From IMG/VR virus record IMGVR_UViG_3300019927_000017, positions 1 through 64,000 of that record: a stretch of DNA of 64,000 bases. One strand, written 5' to 3'. Made by a program: the position numbers and the translations under genes. A model generated the notes under the pieces. It was not told the origin of the DNA. It was given only the letters and a program-made list of their open reading frames with translations, and made no database searches. This stretch comes from a virus. Positions 62,351 to 64,000 of the stretch are shown piece by piece (the first letter of the stretch is position 1; every line of letters starts with the position of its first letter).

Positions 62351-62907
62351 TGGCCCATCACCGCCAGCGCCTCTTCCTCTTCGACTCCCTCACTTCCTTC
62401 CATCAGCCGCTCTTCCTGATGGCTCCCTTCGTAGTCGTCAGCACTCTCCGCCTCGATGAAGGACATCTGAGCGATTGCCATGTCGGTCGGGATGGTGACT
62501 CGTTCGACCGAGGTTGGAACCTTCAGCAGTCCCTCGCCGATGCCTTCGTAGCCTTGGTCCCACAGCGCCGAGGTGAGGTGAAGGCCACACCGCATCAGCC
62601 GGGAACGGGGGTAGACCCGACCGACGTAACCGTCGGGAATTTCGACTTTCTCCCCGTAGACTACCGGGTAGACCCCCGGAACGATGGAGTAGACTTCGAC
62701 TCCCTCTTCGTGAATCGAGTCTACGGGCTGTATCGGCGTCCGGTTCGGCTTCTCGTAGTCGTCTTCGAAGAAGTGAGCCTGACCGGAAGTTCGGTACATC
62801 TCTTGGATGGTCAGGTCAACCCCGTTGGGTTGGATGTGTTCGTCGGGAACGTCGCCGTCGTTGAGGTGCTGTGCCACGAAGTCGCCGGTTGCGATTGCTG
62901 GTGTCAT
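62347..62907 (-). CDS. dUTPase / dCTP-deaminase-like protein (second copy of the superfamily)
   Basis: IQPNGVDLTI, YPRSRLMRCGLHLTSALWDQGYEGIGEGLL. Confidence 0.7.
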   Translation of the reverse strand: MTPAIATGDFVAQHLNDGDVPDEHIQPNGVDLTIQEMYRTSGQAHFFEDDYEKPNRTPIQPVDSIHEEGVEVYSIVPGVYPVVYGEKVEIPDGYVGRVYPRSRLMRCGLHLTSALWDQGYEGIGEGLLKVPTSVERVTIPTDMAIAQMSFIEAESADDYEGSHQEERLMEGSEGVEEEEALAVMGQ

Positions 62908-62913
62908 GTTGGG

Positions 62914-63174
62914 TTAGGCGTCGATGATGTCTGCGTCGAGGTTGACGAGACGATGCCGGGGAACGTAGAGCGAAAGGAACTCCATTTCTTCTCCTTCTTC
63001 GTTCTCGAAGGTTTCGTGAACGAGAACGTCACCGTCTGCGTCGATGTTCAGTTCGGTTCCTTCACCGTTGTCGGTGTAGACTCGTTCTTCTTCCTGTTCA
63101 CCCTCTGCTGTTTCGAACGTGATGGTGTTCTTGACGAAAGTCATGCTTCTGCTCCGTACTGCGATTTCAGCCAC
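62914..63174 (-). CDS. hypothetical acidic protein (86 aa)
   Basis: ORF track. Confidence 0.55.
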   Translation of the reverse strand: MAEIAVRSRSMTFVKNTITFETAEGEQEEERVYTDNGEGTELNIDADGDVLVHETFENEEGEEMEFLSLYVPRHRLVNLDADIIDA

Positions 63175-63581
63175 TCGTCATACGCCGGATACTCGTCTTC
63201 GAAGCGGTCTTGATAGTCGTCGTTCAGGTTCTCGATGGTGTCCAGTTCGTCAGAAGACCATCGCCCCGAATCGAGCGCCGCCTGTCGGTCGTGAAGGTGA
63301 GGCCAGCCCGTCACGACCACTCGGTATCCTTTCTTGTGAAAGCCTACGATGATGTAGTAGGCTACTCCTTTGCCCCACTCCTTACGGAAGCAGGCACAGC
63401 CGTCGCCGTTGTCCCGTAAGTCACCGTTGCGGATGCACTCCTCCACTACCTCGTCGGTCAGAAACCTCTCGGGTTCTTTGAACCGCTGGATGAAGTGGCG
63501 GAGCGGGCAGTACAACCCCGGTGTCTGTGGGTAGTCGTACTCCCTGAAGTCTCTACCCCGGTCGATGGGGAGAGTCTTCAT
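63141..63581 (-). CDS. hypothetical protein (146 aa), faint DUF4258/toxin-like pattern
   Basis: Trimmed to the ATG at 63581 (ATGA coupling). LRHFIQRF...EVVEECIRNG...YIIVGF...VVVTGW. Confidence 0.55.
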   Translation of the reverse strand: MKTLPIDRGRDFREYDYPQTPGLYCPLRHFIQRFKEPERFLTDEVVEECIRNGDLRDNGDGCACFRKEWGKGVAYYIIVGFHKKGYRVVVTGWPHLHDRQAALDSGRWSSDELDTIENLNDDYQDRFEDEYPAYDEWLKSQYGAEA

Positions 63582-63832
63582 GTTGGCACAACGGTAGCGT
63601 CCGGGTCGAGCATGGCCCGTCCGATGAGGAAGCGGGCCGTCTCGAACCCCTTGCCGTTGGGGGCCTCGTACTGGTCGCCGTCGATAAGCCGGTCGGGAGA
63701 GTCTGCATATCGGATTTCCGCCGCTGTCGGAACCCTCGTAAGTTCCGTGTTTGGGTTGTTGGCGGGGTCGGAGTTGTCGATATGAACTGCTTGCCGCGTG
63801 TCGTAGAACATATCGAGGTGACTCACCGCCAT
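63578..63832 (-). CDS. hypothetical protein (84 aa)
   Basis: Trimmed to the ATG at 63832 (TGATG coupling). Confidence 0.5.
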   Translation of the reverse strand: MAVSHLDMFYDTRQAVHIDNSDPANNPNTELTRVPTAAEIRYADSPDRLIDGDQYEAPNGKGFETARFLIGRAMLDPDATVVPT

Positions 63833-63969
63833 CAGTTGTTCCTCCACGAAACTGCGTCGTAGAACCGACCCATAATCGCCCCGAGGTCGGTGGTGTCCAT
63901 CTGCGAACGAACTCGGTCGGCGTGACTGTTTTCCTCGTCACCGTTTGTGTCAACGTTTTTATCTTGCAT
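63832..63969 (-). CDS. small ORF (45 aa)
   Basis: MQDKNVDTNGDEENSHADRVRSQ... Coupled to the downstream ATG. Confidence 0.35.
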   Translation of the reverse strand: MQDKNVDTNGDEENSHADRVRSQMDTTDLGAIMGRFYDAVSWRNN

Positions 63970-64000
63970 TGTTAATTTGAGAGTGGGCCACCCAACGGCC

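Noticed and set aside
1-64000. CRISPR array, rRNA genes or transposase/IS elements.
   Set aside because: The repeated motifs found are not regularly spaced direct repeats with unique spacers. I recognised no rRNA-like sequence and no transposase motifs. The only recombinase is the tyrosine integrase.

Overview
The window looks like most of the genome of a temperate, contractile-tailed (myovirus-type) haloarchaeal virus or provirus. The evidence is GC-rich DNA, a strongly acidic predicted proteome, tightly packed genes with 1-11 nt start/stop overlaps, and few recognisable Shine-Dalgarno sequences.

Layout:
- 1-6.2 kb: minus-strand block of small acidic proteins, interrupted by a 1.8 kb non-coding region (2.2-4.0 kb) rich in inverted repeats.
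- 6.3-6.8 kb: ORF-free, G-run-rich stretch.
- 7.1-30.85 kb: plus-strand morphogenesis operon. It runs small and large terminase, portal, prohead protease, scaffold, major capsid, head-tail joining proteins, sheath, tube, chaperone, tape measure, Mu/P2-like baseplate (hub, V, W, J, I), tail fibre and small membrane proteins, then a strong hairpin plus T-run terminator.
- 30.9-51.3 kb: minus-strand replication and nucleic-acid module. It includes RtcB RNA ligase, family-B DNA polymerase, dCTP deaminase, a Cas4-like nuclease, a DUF1599-like protein, a PAS protein, an HTH-metallophosphoesterase, an archaeo-eukaryotic primase, a P-loop ATPase and many tiny zinc-ribbon ORFs.
- 50.4-52.7 kb: tRNA island with tRNA-Gln, tRNA-Thr and degenerate tRNA-like elements, flanked by endonuclease genes.
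- 53-57 kb: regulatory and integration block with zinc-finger protein, LAGLIDADG endonuclease, ERCC4 nuclease, a tRNA-Leu 3' fragment (attP-like) and a tyrosine integrase.
- 57-64 kb: more minus-strand genes, including a DUF932-like protein and a second dUTPase-like gene.

The most unusual signals are at DNA level:
- A non-palindromic motif, CCTTATCG (extended GCGACCTTATCGSTGTC), is strongly over-represented.
- A GGGACACAACC box sits directly 5' of many minus-strand start codons.
- Paired GACTTAAGTC palindromes occur in intergenic regions.
- A roughly 55-nt leader repeat is present in three copies.
- A tRNA-like gene with a roughly 70-nt insertion lies next to the viral RtcB.

All functional calls rest on motifs I read by eye and on gene order. 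No database search was run.
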